Part shown: in pieces, positions 44,338 through 54,446 of the stretch
How the letters are laid out: each line of letters opens with the position of its first letter
How positions within the stretch are numbered: position 1 is the first letter of the stretch
NCBI GenBank assembly: GCA_041662665.1
Contig: JBAZSC010000001.1
Location: 513,511-577,510, forward strand
Length of the DNA stretch: 64,000 nt
Reading direction: 5' to 3'
DNA from: Patescibacteria group bacterium
Lineage (GTDB): Bacteria > Patescibacteriota > JABMPQ01 > JAQVVF01
Notes under the pieces: model-generated
What the model saw: only the letters and a program-made list of their open reading frames with translations
Databases searched by the model: none
Told to the model about the DNA's origin: nothing
Position numbers and translations under genes: made by a program

Positions 44338-45512
44338 TTTTTTGTTCTTTTGCGCCTGTTGGGTTAGATGATTACGAGTCTTATTTTAAAGAAAATTTCT
44401 CTGATTTTATCTATCTAAAATGGAAATTTCCACATGGAGACAAAAATACTAGTTCTTTCTTAAGACATTATAGGGAACAAGAAAAAATTATAGACAAAAA
44501 AATATTATCTCCAATAGTCTTTAGGAATAGGTTATTATATTTTATTTTTCTGCCTTTTAATTACATGCTATATTTCTGTCAAGCTTTATTTTATCTTTCT
44601 AGAAAAAAAGAAAGAAAGAAAAGGATATTCTTTGGCATAAATTATATATGTACATTTTACGGGATATTCTTGAAAAAAATTGGTTACATTGATTTTATTA
44701 TTTATAGAGTGATGGACTTTTTCCCATTGCCAAAAAAAGGTATCTATCGTTTTTTGACCAGAATATTTTATATAATGGATGCATTTTGTTTAAAAAATGC
44801 AGATTCTATTTGGTTTACAACTAATCGACACATAATCGGGCGTCAAAAATATGGCTATTTTAAAGATTATGCTAAAAAGTCACAACTTATTCCACTTGGC
44901 ATTAATATTGATAATTGCCAATTAAAATTAATTAAAAAAAATTCAACCCCCACATTAGTTTATTGCGGCATAATAAGCAAATACCAACTTCTGGATTTAT
45001 TATTTGAAAGCGTAAAGGAATTAAAAAATGAATTTCCAAATTTAAAACTTGAAGTAATCGGTAGCGGACCTGATGAAATCTATTTCAAAAAAATAGCTAA
45101 AGAAATGGGAATTGATAAAAATATATTTTTTCATGGTTTTATAGAAAACATGGACGAAGTAAAAAAAATAATTTCTAGAAGTCATCTTGGAATAGCATTG
45201 TACAAAGATGAAGAAAACTATATGAAATACACTGAGCCAGCCAAGGTTAAATATTACTTAAATTTTGGTGTCCCAGTTGTAATTTCAAAAGTTCCAGAAA
45301 TTGCGCATGAACTTGACGAAAAGAAAATTAGCTTTTCAGTCAACAATAATAAAATAGAACTCGTTCAGGTTATTAGAAATTATTTATTAAATCAAAACCA
45401 GCAGAAAATATATCAAGAAAACATTAAAAATTTTTTGCCAACTATAGATATTAATAAATTATTATCTAAAAATTTCAAGCAAACTTTTACTAGTGAATAT
45501 ATTTATGATTAA
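44304..45512 (+). CDS. Glycosyltransferase family 4-like (C-terminal Glycos_transf_1 domain)
   Basis: C-terminal ...EPAKVKYYLNFGVPVV...; paralog of 51725..52858. Confidence 0.55.
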   Translation: MEKESFKNKELIFCSFAPVGLDDYESYFKENFSDFIYLKWKFPHGDKNTSSFLRHYREQEKIIDKKILSPIVFRNRLLYFIFLPFNYMLYFCQALFYLSRKKERKKRIFFGINYICTFYGIFLKKIGYIDFIIYRVMDFFPLPKKGIYRFLTRIFYIMDAFCLKNADSIWFTTNRHIIGRQKYGYFKDYAKKSQLIPLGINIDNCQLKLIKKNSTPTLVYCGIISKYQLLDLLFESVKELKNEFPNLKLEVIGSGPDEIYFKKIAKEMGIDKNIFFHGFIENMDEVKKIISRSHLGIALYKDEENYMKYTEPAKVKYYLNFGVPVVISKVPEIAHELDEKKISFSVNNNKIELVQVIRNYLLNQNQQKIYQENIKNFLPTIDINKLLSKNFKQTFTSEYIYD

Positions 45513-46389
45513 ACGATATTATTATTATATAAAAATTAACTTTTTAAGCATTTTAGATTATATATTTGGTGAATGGCGACGACTTGGAATAAAACCTAAA
45601 GAAATTGTTGTAGATTTAGGCTGTGGAGGCCGTCCATTGCCCAGAGCTGATATAATAGTCGATAAATTTTTAACAGGATTTACAGAAAGACCAACTGATT
45701 TCATTGATAACAAGGCTTTCATCATTCAATGTGATATTGATCATCTGCCTTTCAAAAATAAATCCATAGATTTTGTTTATAGTAGTCATGTTATTGAACA
45801 TTTAAATAATCCCGCAATTTGCTTGAATGAAATGGAGAGAATTGGGAAGAGAGGATATATTACTTGTCCTTCAGCTTTACGTGAACAAATCATGGCTCTT
45901 AAAATGCATTTATGGTTTGCAGAAATAAAAGATAATAAGATTATCTTATTCAGAAAAAAACAACCGTATCCCGAATTTATTAATAATTATTTTGATAAAT
46001 TTTTAGCATCTGAGCAAAGCTACATCTGGCATAGTTTTGAAAGAAGTTTTAGAAAAGAATTTTTTATCAATTATTTTTGGAAAAATAAAATTAATTACGT
46101 AATTCATGATCTGCAAAATATTCAAACCTGGAAAATAGCAGGCGAAACTGAATTTCAACCAGAGAAGAATTTCCTTTTAAGTATTAGAAAGAGCATAATT
46201 ATTTTCACCTCACAAACGATTAAAAAGATCTTTAGTAAGCAAATTGATATAGAAAAAATTTTATGTTGTCCAAATTGTCATGGAAATATAAAAATTAATG
46301 ATGAATTTGTTTTTTGCGAAAAATGTAATGAAAAATACCAGCATCAAGACAAAAGAATCTTTTATTTTGTTCAGAAATATGATGCATAA
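45493..46389 (+). CDS. Class I SAM-dependent methyltransferase with C-terminal zinc-ribbon (CxxC...CxxC)
   Basis: VVDLGCGGRPL motif I; CCPNCHG...CEKCN. Confidence 0.6.
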   Translation: MNIFMIKRYYYYIKINFLSILDYIFGEWRRLGIKPKEIVVDLGCGGRPLPRADIIVDKFLTGFTERPTDFIDNKAFIIQCDIDHLPFKNKSIDFVYSSHVIEHLNNPAICLNEMERIGKRGYITCPSALREQIMALKMHLWFAEIKDNKIILFRKKQPYPEFINNYFDKFLASEQSYIWHSFERSFRKEFFINYFWKNKINYVIHDLQNIQTWKIAGETEFQPEKNFLLSIRKSIIIFTSQTIKKIFSKQIDIEKILCCPNCHGNIKINDEFVFCEKCNEKYQHQDKRIFYFVQKYDA

Positions 46390-46425
46390 ATTCCAAGTTC
46401 GTTTAATAATTTAAAAAGATATATT

Positions 46426-47226
46426 ATGGAAATTAATTTTAAAAAAAATTTTAATTTGATAGTTTTTTATCATTTAAGAAATCTTTTTGAACAAATTAAA
46501 ATAATTAAATTAATCAGAAATGTTCGGTATAATAAAGAAAAAATTAAAAAGCTTCAATTTTTTTCATCCTTTATGAAAGAAAAAGATTTAGTTTTTGATG
46601 TTGGAGCTAATGTCGGCATCTATTCAGAATTTTTTCTTGGATTAAAAACAAAGGTTGTGGCAATCGAACCTCAAGTTAAATGCGTAAAGTATTTGGAATA
46701 TTTATTTAAAAATAATAAAAATGTGGCAATCGAAAACGTAGCTCTAGGCAAGAATGAAGAAACGGGCGAAATTTTAATAAGTAGAACAAATGACGGACAT
46801 TCATCAATGTCAAATGATTTTATTTCGTCTATTAAAAAAAGCAATAGATTTTCTAATGACACATATTATTTTTTTGACAGAAAACAAGAAGTTAAAATCG
46901 CAACACTTGATTCGCTAATCAAGAAATATGGAATTCCAAAATTTATTAAAATTGATGTTGAAGGATTTGAATACAACGTTTTACAAGGATTGACTCAACC
47001 TATAAAAGCGTTATCTTTTGAGTTTTTCCCTGATTTTTTCGATCCAACCAAGAAATGTATTCAACACTTAGAAAAATTAAATAATTACCGTTTTAATTAT
47101 TCATTGAGAGATTTTTATCAATTAGAATTGCCAAAGTATGTGACAGGTACTGAATTAATCAAAATTATTTCAAACTTTTCTGAAAAAAACATATATGGCG
47201 AAATATATTGCAGAATCGAGAAATAA
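46426..47226 (+). CDS. FkbM-family methyltransferase
   Basis: FDVGANVGIYSEFF motif. Confidence 0.6.
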   Translation: MEINFKKNFNLIVFYHLRNLFEQIKIIKLIRNVRYNKEKIKKLQFFSSFMKEKDLVFDVGANVGIYSEFFLGLKTKVVAIEPQVKCVKYLEYLFKNNKNVAIENVALGKNEETGEILISRTNDGHSSMSNDFISSIKKSNRFSNDTYYFFDRKQEVKIATLDSLIKKYGIPKFIKIDVEGFEYNVLQGLTQPIKALSFEFFPDFFDPTKKCIQHLEKLNNYRFNYSLRDFYQLELPKYVTGTELIKIISNFSEKNIYGEIYCRIEK

Positions 47227-48067
47227 TTATTTATCTTTAACAAAAATTATGATTGAGCAAAAAACAAATAGTAAAAAAACATTATCACTTTTGCATAAAT
47301 ATTATATCTTAATTAGAAATATTAGATATAAAGAGTATATTGATGAAATTGAAAAAATTAAAAACGCCGAGTACGCTGATTTTTCCAGTTTTAGCGGTAT
47401 TAGGAAAGAAAATTTTGCCAAATGTATCGATCAATGGAATAATTATATTTCTAAAAATAAAATAGATTATAATAATTTAGATAAATATTATTCAAATTGT
47501 AACACAATAACAAATATTGAGGATCAATACAGTAGAGTGAATCTATATAAAGTATTAAAAGAATCAATTAAAAGTTTAAACAAAAAAATAAATTATCTTG
47601 ATTTTGGTTGTGGAAGCGGTTCTTTAAGCTTTAATTTCATTAAGTTTTTTCAGGAGGGCTATTTTTTAGACTTTCATAGCATGTCTCAAGAATTTTTAAA
47701 ATATAGAATAAACTTGAATAAAGATTGCAGAAATAATTTACATATTTTAGAACCACAAGAAATTGATAAAATAAAAAACAACTCACTAGATATTGTATTA
47801 ATATATGATGTTTTAGAACATTTACCAAATCCATCAGCAACCTTGAAAAAAATATCCTCTAAAATCAAAATCGGTGGTTTTATAGTATTTAGAGCGCCAT
47901 GGGGAGACACATTTTTTGGTAAGCATCCTGACCATAATATATTTTCTAGAAAAGAAATGATCAAAAACGGAGGCATGAAATTGCTTAAAGAAAAGTACGC
48001 TAAGATTAAATCAGTTTGTATTCTTGATTATTATTATAAACAAGGCGTTTTTCAAAAAATAATATAG
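47195..48067 (+). CDS. Class I SAM-dependent methyltransferase
   Basis: LDFGCGSGSLS motif I; start possibly at the internal Met at 47249. Confidence 0.6.
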   Translation: MAKYIAESRNNYLSLTKIMIEQKTNSKKTLSLLHKYYILIRNIRYKEYIDEIEKIKNAEYADFSSFSGIRKENFAKCIDQWNNYISKNKIDYNNLDKYYSNCNTITNIEDQYSRVNLYKVLKESIKSLNKKINYLDFGCGSGSLSFNFIKFFQEGYFLDFHSMSQEFLKYRINLNKDCRNNLHILEPQEIDKIKNNSLDIVLIYDVLEHLPNPSATLKKISSKIKIGGFIVFRAPWGDTFFGKHPDHNIFSRKEMIKNGGMKLLKEKYAKIKSVCILDYYYKQGVFQKII

Positions 48068-48079
48068 TTTTTAAAAAAA

Positions 48080-49489
48080 ATGTATAAGATTTTAGTTTTG
48101 AATTTACCAGGTAATGTAATGAAAGCTGGTTCAAGATGGTATAATGTTATTCAAAATTCAGCAACATCGCTAAGATACTCTCCATATCCTTGGTTTATGG
48201 GTTATTTAACATCATTATTAAAAAAAAATAATTTTGAAGCTAAACTTATTGACGCTATTGCGATGGAATGGAATTTTGAAAGAACGCTAGCTTTTATTAA
48301 AAAATTTAAACCAAAATACATAATTTGCGAACCTACATGGGTAAGTGAAGAAAGCGATAAAGATTTTTTAAGTAAAATTGACAAAAAAATAATCAAAATT
48401 GCGGTTGGAAACTATGCTACAAATTATCCATTTAATTGCTTAAAAAAAATACCAATAGATTATGTAGTTATCGGAGAATATGAATTTTCGATACTAGATT
48501 TTGTTAAGTCAGGTAACAAAATAATACCCAAAAATTTTGTAAGTAAAAATAAGAATAGTTTTGACAGATCAGAATTAGTAGATTTGAATCTCCTGCCTTT
48601 TCCAGAACGCAATGATACTCCGATTGAGTATTACAATGAACCATCTTGTTTTGGACGCAATATCGTAATGGTATCTTCACGCGGCTGTCGTTTAAAATGT
48701 AGTTTTTGTAATGTAGAATGCATATATGGCAAACATATCTACCGGACCAGAAATGTTAATAATGTAGTAGATGAAATGGAATATTTGAAAAAAAATTTTA
48801 AATTCGATGAAATATACTTTGATGATGACAATATGGTTGCCAAAAAAGAACATATAGATGGAATTTGTAAAGAAATTATTAGGAGAAGATTAAAAATAAA
48901 ATGGCTATGCATGGGTGATGGTTTAATCGATGATCAGACTCTGGAATTACTTGCGCTAGCTGGCTGTGTAACATATAAATATGGGCTTGAACATCTTGAC
49001 GAACAAGTTCTTAAAGCCATCCCGAAACCATTAAAAAGAGAACGTTTATTAGAAATAATTAAAAAATGCAAAGAGCTAAGAATGAGATCATACGTCAATC
49101 TGATTTTTGGACTTCCGCAATCAACTTTTAAAAAAGACTATAAAATGTTTCAGGATGTTCTTAAAGCTAATCCAGACTTATTACAAATTTCAATTGCTAC
49201 TCCATATCCAGGCACATTATTCTTTCAAAAAGCGAAAGCTAATGGTTGGCTTATCTCAGAAGATCCTAGTTATTTCGATGCTACTGGAAAAAGTGCTGTT
49301 TCATATCCAAATTATTCCGCAGAAGAGATTCAAAAAATGTTTAACTTAGGCTGGAAGATGTGGTATAAGCATGTTTTATTTAAGAAACCAAAAACACTTT
49401 TATTTTTCGTTAACAGTGAAATAAAAAGAAACGGATTATTAAGTACTCTTAATAAAATGACTTCTTATTCTAAAAAAATTATCAACTAA
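48080..49489 (+). CDS. B12-binding-domain radical SAM protein
   Basis: CRLKCSFC (CxxxCxxC) radical-SAM cluster after an N-terminal cobalamin-binding-like domain. Confidence 0.65.
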   Translation: MYKILVLNLPGNVMKAGSRWYNVIQNSATSLRYSPYPWFMGYLTSLLKKNNFEAKLIDAIAMEWNFERTLAFIKKFKPKYIICEPTWVSEESDKDFLSKIDKKIIKIAVGNYATNYPFNCLKKIPIDYVVIGEYEFSILDFVKSGNKIIPKNFVSKNKNSFDRSELVDLNLLPFPERNDTPIEYYNEPSCFGRNIVMVSSRGCRLKCSFCNVECIYGKHIYRTRNVNNVVDEMEYLKKNFKFDEIYFDDDNMVAKKEHIDGICKEIIRRRLKIKWLCMGDGLIDDQTLELLALAGCVTYKYGLEHLDEQVLKAIPKPLKRERLLEIIKKCKELRMRSYVNLIFGLPQSTFKKDYKMFQDVLKANPDLLQISIATPYPGTLFFQKAKANGWLISEDPSYFDATGKSAVSYPNYSAEEIQKMFNLGWKMWYKHVLFKKPKTLLFFVNSEIKRNGLLSTLNKMTSYSKKIIN

Positions 49490-49502
49490 ATTAATCAAAC
49501 AA

Positions 49503-50714
49503 TTGCAAAAAAATAAGATTCTTATTACTGGTGGAGCAGGCTATGTAGGCTCTAATCTTGAAAAATTTCTCAAAAAGAAAAATTTTATGATTTACTGTCT
49601 CGATATTCTCCCCAAAATAAAAAAAAATTATTTTCAAATTAATATTGTCAATAAAAAGCAAGTTTTAAATTTTCTTAAAAAAATTAAACCCGATATCATA
49701 ATTCATACTGCAGGTTTAAGCAATCTAAAAATTTGCGAAGAAAATAAAAAATTAGCATATCAAATCAATATTCAGGGAACAAAAAATCTAATTTCAGCAA
49801 TTAAGAATATTGACCAAAAAATTAAATTAGTATTTTTTTCTTCCGACTATGTATTTGATGGAATAAATGGAAATTATAAAGAGAATTCTATACAAAAACC
49901 AAGGACTGAATATGGAAAAAATAAACTTCAATCCGAAAAAGATATTAAAGATAACTTAAATAACTATATAATTTTGAGAACTGCCAACATATTCGGACAT
50001 AATGGCGGCAACTTTTTTAATTTCGTTGTAAAAAACTTGTTAGAAAATAAAAAGATCGAAGTTTTTAACGACGTATTTTACACTCCGACTTACATTGATT
50101 ATTTATTAGACTCAATCTATTATTTATTACAAAATGATTTTAACGGAACTATTCACATCGCAGGTGCTGAAACTATATCTCGTTATCAATTTGCTAAAAA
50201 AATAGCTTGTTCACTAAAAATAAATCCAAGGCTTATTAAACCTATTAAACAAGGAAACGGACTTATTTCAAAAAATGTTTCGCTTAATTCAAGCTATTCA
50301 AGAAAAATAATTAAAAATTATTATCCCAGTATAGATAAATCTCTTCATCATAATTTTTTGAATTTGCAGTATCCGTATTTTTATTTTGAAGATCAACGAG
50401 GTAAAATATTAGGATTGCTCCAGACAGGAAATTGGAAAGAAATTAACTACATAGAATCACAAAAAAAATGCATACGAGGTAATCATTATCATAAAAGAAC
50501 AAAAGAAGCCTTTTTCATTATTGATGGTAAAATCAAAGTCATTCTTAAAGATTTAAAAAACAACAAAACTAAAATATTTTATGTCCAAAAGGGTGACATT
50601 TTTATCGTAAACAAGTATGTTCTTCATACTTTTGAAATTATTAAAAATGCATCTTGGATTAATATGCTTTCAAAGCCAATGAACGAAAATGATAAGGACA
50701 TTCATCGAATATAA
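49503..50714 (+). CDS. Fusion protein: NAD(P)-dependent sugar-nucleotide reductase/epimerase (RmlD-like) plus C-terminal cupin (WxcM/FdtA-like sugar ketoisomerase)
   Basis: N-terminal ILITGGAGYVGSNL; C-terminal IRGNHYHKRTKEAFFIIDGKIKV cupin motif. Confidence 0.5.
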   Translation: MQKNKILITGGAGYVGSNLEKFLKKKNFMIYCLDILPKIKKNYFQINIVNKKQVLNFLKKIKPDIIIHTAGLSNLKICEENKKLAYQINIQGTKNLISAIKNIDQKIKLVFFSSDYVFDGINGNYKENSIQKPRTEYGKNKLQSEKDIKDNLNNYIILRTANIFGHNGGNFFNFVVKNLLENKKIEVFNDVFYTPTYIDYLLDSIYYLLQNDFNGTIHIAGAETISRYQFAKKIACSLKINPRLIKPIKQGNGLISKNVSLNSSYSRKIIKNYYPSIDKSLHHNFLNLQYPYFYFEDQRGKILGLLQTGNWKEINYIESQKKCIRGNHYHKRTKEAFFIIDGKIKVILKDLKNNKTKIFYVQKGDIFIVNKYVLHTFEIIKNASWINMLSKPMNENDKDIHRI

Positions 50715-50786
50715 TTTTTTCTGGTAATAATATTTATAAAAATATATACTACTAGATAGACACAAATAATTTTAAATAATATTTTT

Positions 50787-51722
50787 ATGAGCACTCATTC
50801 AGTAAGGAGAGAAAAAGTCTTAATAACAGGGGGGACAGGTTTGTTGGGATTATCACTAATACAAAATGCACCTAGAAATTATGATATTTTTGCCACTTAT
50901 CATAGATTTCCTACAAAGATTCTTCCAGATTTCAGTAATTGTAAATATATTTCATTAGATGTTACTGACAAAAAGAATGTAATGAAACTGTTCAAAAAAA
51001 ATAAACCTAAATATTTAATTCACACTGCATCAATAGGAAGTGTTGATTTTTGCGAACAACATAAAAAAGAAGCTTTCAAGATTAACGTTTTGGGTGGAAG
51101 AAACATGATTGAGGCGTGTAAAAAGTACGATACTAAAATTATTTACACATCATCAAATGCTGTGTTCGATGGAAAAAATCCTCCATACAAAGAAAGCGAC
51201 CAAACAAAACCTCTGGATTATTATGGCAAAACAAAACTGCAGACCGAAAAAGATATTTTGAAAAATAATATTAAATATTGTATTGTGCGTCTTATGACTA
51301 TGTACGGATGGAATCATTGTAACGAAAGGCCAAATCCAGTCACTTGGCTTCTGGATGAATTAAAAAACAATCGTCAAGTCAAAGTGGTAGATGATATATA
51401 CAATAATCATTTATACGTTAAAGATGCTGCTAAAGCTATATGGCAAATAATCAAAAAAAATAAATCAAAAATCTATCATCTAGCCGGACCAAAAACAATT
51501 TCTCGTTTTGATCTTTCATTAAATGTAGCCAAAACCTTTAAACTTAACCAAAATTTGATTCAACCCGTTGATTCTTCATTTTTTCCGTCATTAGCACCTC
51601 GACCAAAAGATACAACCTACCAGATCAATAAAATGATCAAAGAATTAGGCGTTAAACCAATGAGTCCTCTAAAAGGTTTACTTGATATGAAAAAAAATCA
51701 GCCTTCCTGGAAAAAAAGTTAA
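50787..51722 (+). CDS. dTDP-4-dehydrorhamnose reductase-like (RmlD family)
   Basis: VLITGGTGLLG; SSNAVFDG motif. Confidence 0.6.
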   Translation: MSTHSVRREKVLITGGTGLLGLSLIQNAPRNYDIFATYHRFPTKILPDFSNCKYISLDVTDKKNVMKLFKKNKPKYLIHTASIGSVDFCEQHKKEAFKINVLGGRNMIEACKKYDTKIIYTSSNAVFDGKNPPYKESDQTKPLDYYGKTKLQTEKDILKNNIKYCIVRLMTMYGWNHCNERPNPVTWLLDELKNNRQVKVVDDIYNNHLYVKDAAKAIWQIIKKNKSKIYHLAGPKTISRFDLSLNVAKTFKLNQNLIQPVDSSFFPSLAPRPKDTTYQINKMIKELGVKPMSPLKGLLDMKKNQPSWKKS

Positions 51723-51724
51723 AT

Positions 51725-52858
51725 ATGAACAAACCTAAAAAAATATTATTAATTTCACATATTGCTAATTCGATCGGACCAGTCCAAAAAATGGAAGAAT
51801 TTTTAATTCAAAAAAAATCATGCTTTGCTGTTATTGGACATCCTTACGAGTTTACGTCAAACGAAAGTTTTTTAAAAATATATAGTAATGGTAAAATTAT
51901 AAGCGAAAAGAAGATTATCCGTAAAAAAAAGTTAAGTGCAATTGCCTATATCGAAGATATTTTTTTATCAATTAGGATCTATAAAAAATATCTAGATAGC
52001 AATTTTGAATTATGCTTTGGATTTGATCCACTTAACGCCATTTCAGCCATTATCATCAAAAAAATATATAGGATAAATAAAGTGATCTATTATTCTGTAG
52101 ACTATGCTGAAAAAAGATTTGAAAACTTTTTTCTTAATTATATCTATCATCTTTTAGATAAATTTGCTAGTAGGCACGCTGATTATTGCTGGTCAGTTTC
52201 AAATTCTATTCGTAATATTAGAAAGCATTTAAGAATACCAGATAAAAAAAACATTTTAGCGCCGAATGGGCTAAATATTAATGAAATTTGCACAACTCCA
52301 GAATTTCCTAAAAACAATATTTTTTATATCGGGGTGCTTTCAAAAACGAAAGGCGTGCATAGTCTAATCGACATAATGCCACAAATTCTTAAACAAAATC
52401 CGCTAGTTAAATTACACATAATTGGCGGAGGTCCAGATGAAGAATTTCTTCAAACTCTTGCGCAGAAGAAAGGAATAAGCGATAGAATTAATTTTTATGG
52501 ATATACGAAGCAAGAGCGAACAAACAAAATTCTTTCTCTTGGTGGAATCGGTGTTGCCCCTTATGAAGATACCGAGGATTATGTAAGATTCTGCGATCCT
52601 CTCAAAGTAAAAAATTATTTAGCAATGGGAATTCCTGTCGTTATGACAAAGATTCCAGCACTTGCAGAGGAGATTGAAGAAAATAGTTTAGGTTTTGCAG
52701 TCGAAAACAAAAAAGAAATGGCTGATAGAATCAATGAAATTCTGTCAGATTCAAACAAATATATGTTATTTAGAAATAATGCATTAAAAGCAAAAAAGAT
52801 GTATGATATTAATATGATTTATGACCAAGCTTTTCAAAAAATATCTTACAATATTTAA
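51725..52858 (+). CDS. Glycosyltransferase family 4-like
   Basis: C-terminal Glycos_transf_1-like region; paralog of 44304..45512. Confidence 0.6.
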   Translation: MNKPKKILLISHIANSIGPVQKMEEFLIQKKSCFAVIGHPYEFTSNESFLKIYSNGKIISEKKIIRKKKLSAIAYIEDIFLSIRIYKKYLDSNFELCFGFDPLNAISAIIIKKIYRINKVIYYSVDYAEKRFENFFLNYIYHLLDKFASRHADYCWSVSNSIRNIRKHLRIPDKKNILAPNGLNINEICTTPEFPKNNIFYIGVLSKTKGVHSLIDIMPQILKQNPLVKLHIIGGGPDEEFLQTLAQKKGISDRINFYGYTKQERTNKILSLGGIGVAPYEDTEDYVRFCDPLKVKNYLAMGIPVVMTKIPALAEEIEENSLGFAVENKKEMADRINEILSDSNKYMLFRNNALKAKKMYDINMIYDQAFQKISYNI

Positions 52859-52870
52859 ATCATTTGAAAT

Positions 52871-53698
52871 ATGCAAAATACGAATGTGATTCAAGATCAA
52901 AAATATTTTTTCGATTTAAATGCCCAAAAAGAAGAAAAAAAAGTAAACAAAAACAACTTTTTCTATATTTATAATACAGAAATCATCTATTCTGGTTTTA
53001 ATTGGTTATCTGATAGAAAGAAGATAATTGATTATGGATGCGGGACTGGTAAAAACATTGAAATGTTTTTGGACAATACGAACGACAAAAGCAAGAGTTT
53101 TATTGGTGTTGATATTTCTGATGAAGCAATTAAAAAGGCAAAAGAAAAATTTACAGAAAAACAATATAATTTCATCAAAATTTCAAACAATAAAATACCG
53201 CAAATTGCTGATATGGGAACCGATGGAGCTTATATGATTTGTGTTTTACATCATAGTCATGAACATCAGGCAATTTTTAACGAAATTTATAAAAAATTGA
53301 AGAAAAATGGGAAATTTTACATTGTAGATTTAACAGCAGATAACATAATTGTGAATTTTGCAAGAAATGCTTTTACAATATTGCCAAAAAAATTTAGGAA
53401 TAGCTTTAGCGATGACCTAGTTGTTGATGGAAAAATTCCAGAAAAATATGTAGTTAATATCAATAGTGTTGTCCAACAACTTAAACAAACTGGCTTTGAA
53501 ATTCAGGGGATAGATAAAAGTGAACTTTTTTTATTTATTGCAAGCTGGGTAGAAAAATTTGTCCCTATAAGTTGCAATGATTCTAACCTTTACTGTAAAT
53601 TACTAAGAAAATGCCATCAACTTGAAAAGAAAATGCTTAAAATTAATTATTTTAATAAAAGGGCTCATGTTTTTTCAATAAAATGCATCAAAAAATAG
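52871..53698 (+). CDS. Class I SAM-dependent methyltransferase
   Basis: IDYGCGTGKN motif I. Confidence 0.6.
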   Translation: MQNTNVIQDQKYFFDLNAQKEEKKVNKNNFFYIYNTEIIYSGFNWLSDRKKIIDYGCGTGKNIEMFLDNTNDKSKSFIGVDISDEAIKKAKEKFTEKQYNFIKISNNKIPQIADMGTDGAYMICVLHHSHEHQAIFNEIYKKLKKNGKFYIVDLTADNIIVNFARNAFTILPKKFRNSFSDDLVVDGKIPEKYVVNINSVVQQLKQTGFEIQGIDKSELFLFIASWVEKFVPISCNDSNLYCKLLRKCHQLEKKMLKINYFNKRAHVFSIKCIKK

Positions 53699-54429
53699 AC
53701 AATTCAAACAATTGTATGCCGTCACAGCATGGAGGCTATTCACCAGGAAAAGAAAAGCCAATGCTGAATATAATAAATGACATATTGAAAGAGAATAAAC
53801 GTGGTTTTAAATTAATTGACATAGGATGTGGCGACGGATTTTTTTTAAACATGTTTTATCAAATTTTAGAAGAAAAAAAAATTGATTTAGATAATGTTAA
53901 ACTGGTTGGAATTGATAAGCATGAATACCATAATTCTTCAAGAAATAATAAAATTTTTTTTCTCAAAGAAGATATTTTTGAAATTGAAAAGCATTTCCCA
54001 CATAATTATTTTGATTTTGTAGTTTGTTCAGAGGTCATTGAACATGTTGTCGAAACAGATAAATTGATTAAGAAAATTAAAAAGATATTAAAACCAAATG
54101 GTTTTTTATTTTTGACTACACCAAATTTAGCTTCATATCACGGCAGATTTTCGTTATTAATGGGTCTTTTACCACTCGCGAGTGAAATAAGCAATGAAAA
54201 TGCAAAATTTGGAAAAGGCTTTTTATCGAAATATTATTTTACTTCGTCAAAACCGATTTTTCATGTTCGCGTCTTCACATTAAAAGCCCTAAAAGAATTT
54301 ATTATTTTTCACAAATTAGAAATAAAGAACATTTCTGGTTTTGATTACAAGATGCCTTGGTTTTGGAAAAAAATTCCTTCATTTGCACCTGGAATTTATA
54401 TGATTTGCCAAAATACAAAAGATTTTTAA
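53683..54429 (+). CDS. Class I SAM-dependent methyltransferase
   Basis: IDIGCGDGFF motif I; CSEVIEHV motif. Confidence 0.6.
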   Translation: MHQKIDNSNNCMPSQHGGYSPGKEKPMLNIINDILKENKRGFKLIDIGCGDGFFLNMFYQILEEKKIDLDNVKLVGIDKHEYHNSSRNNKIFFLKEDIFEIEKHFPHNYFDFVVCSEVIEHVVETDKLIKKIKKILKPNGFLFLTTPNLASYHGRFSLLMGLLPLASEISNENAKFGKGFLSKYYFTSSKPIFHVRVFTLKALKEFIIFHKLEIKNISGFDYKMPWFWKKIPSFAPGIYMICQNTKDF

Positions 54430-54446
54430 AAAAATAAATATAGGCA

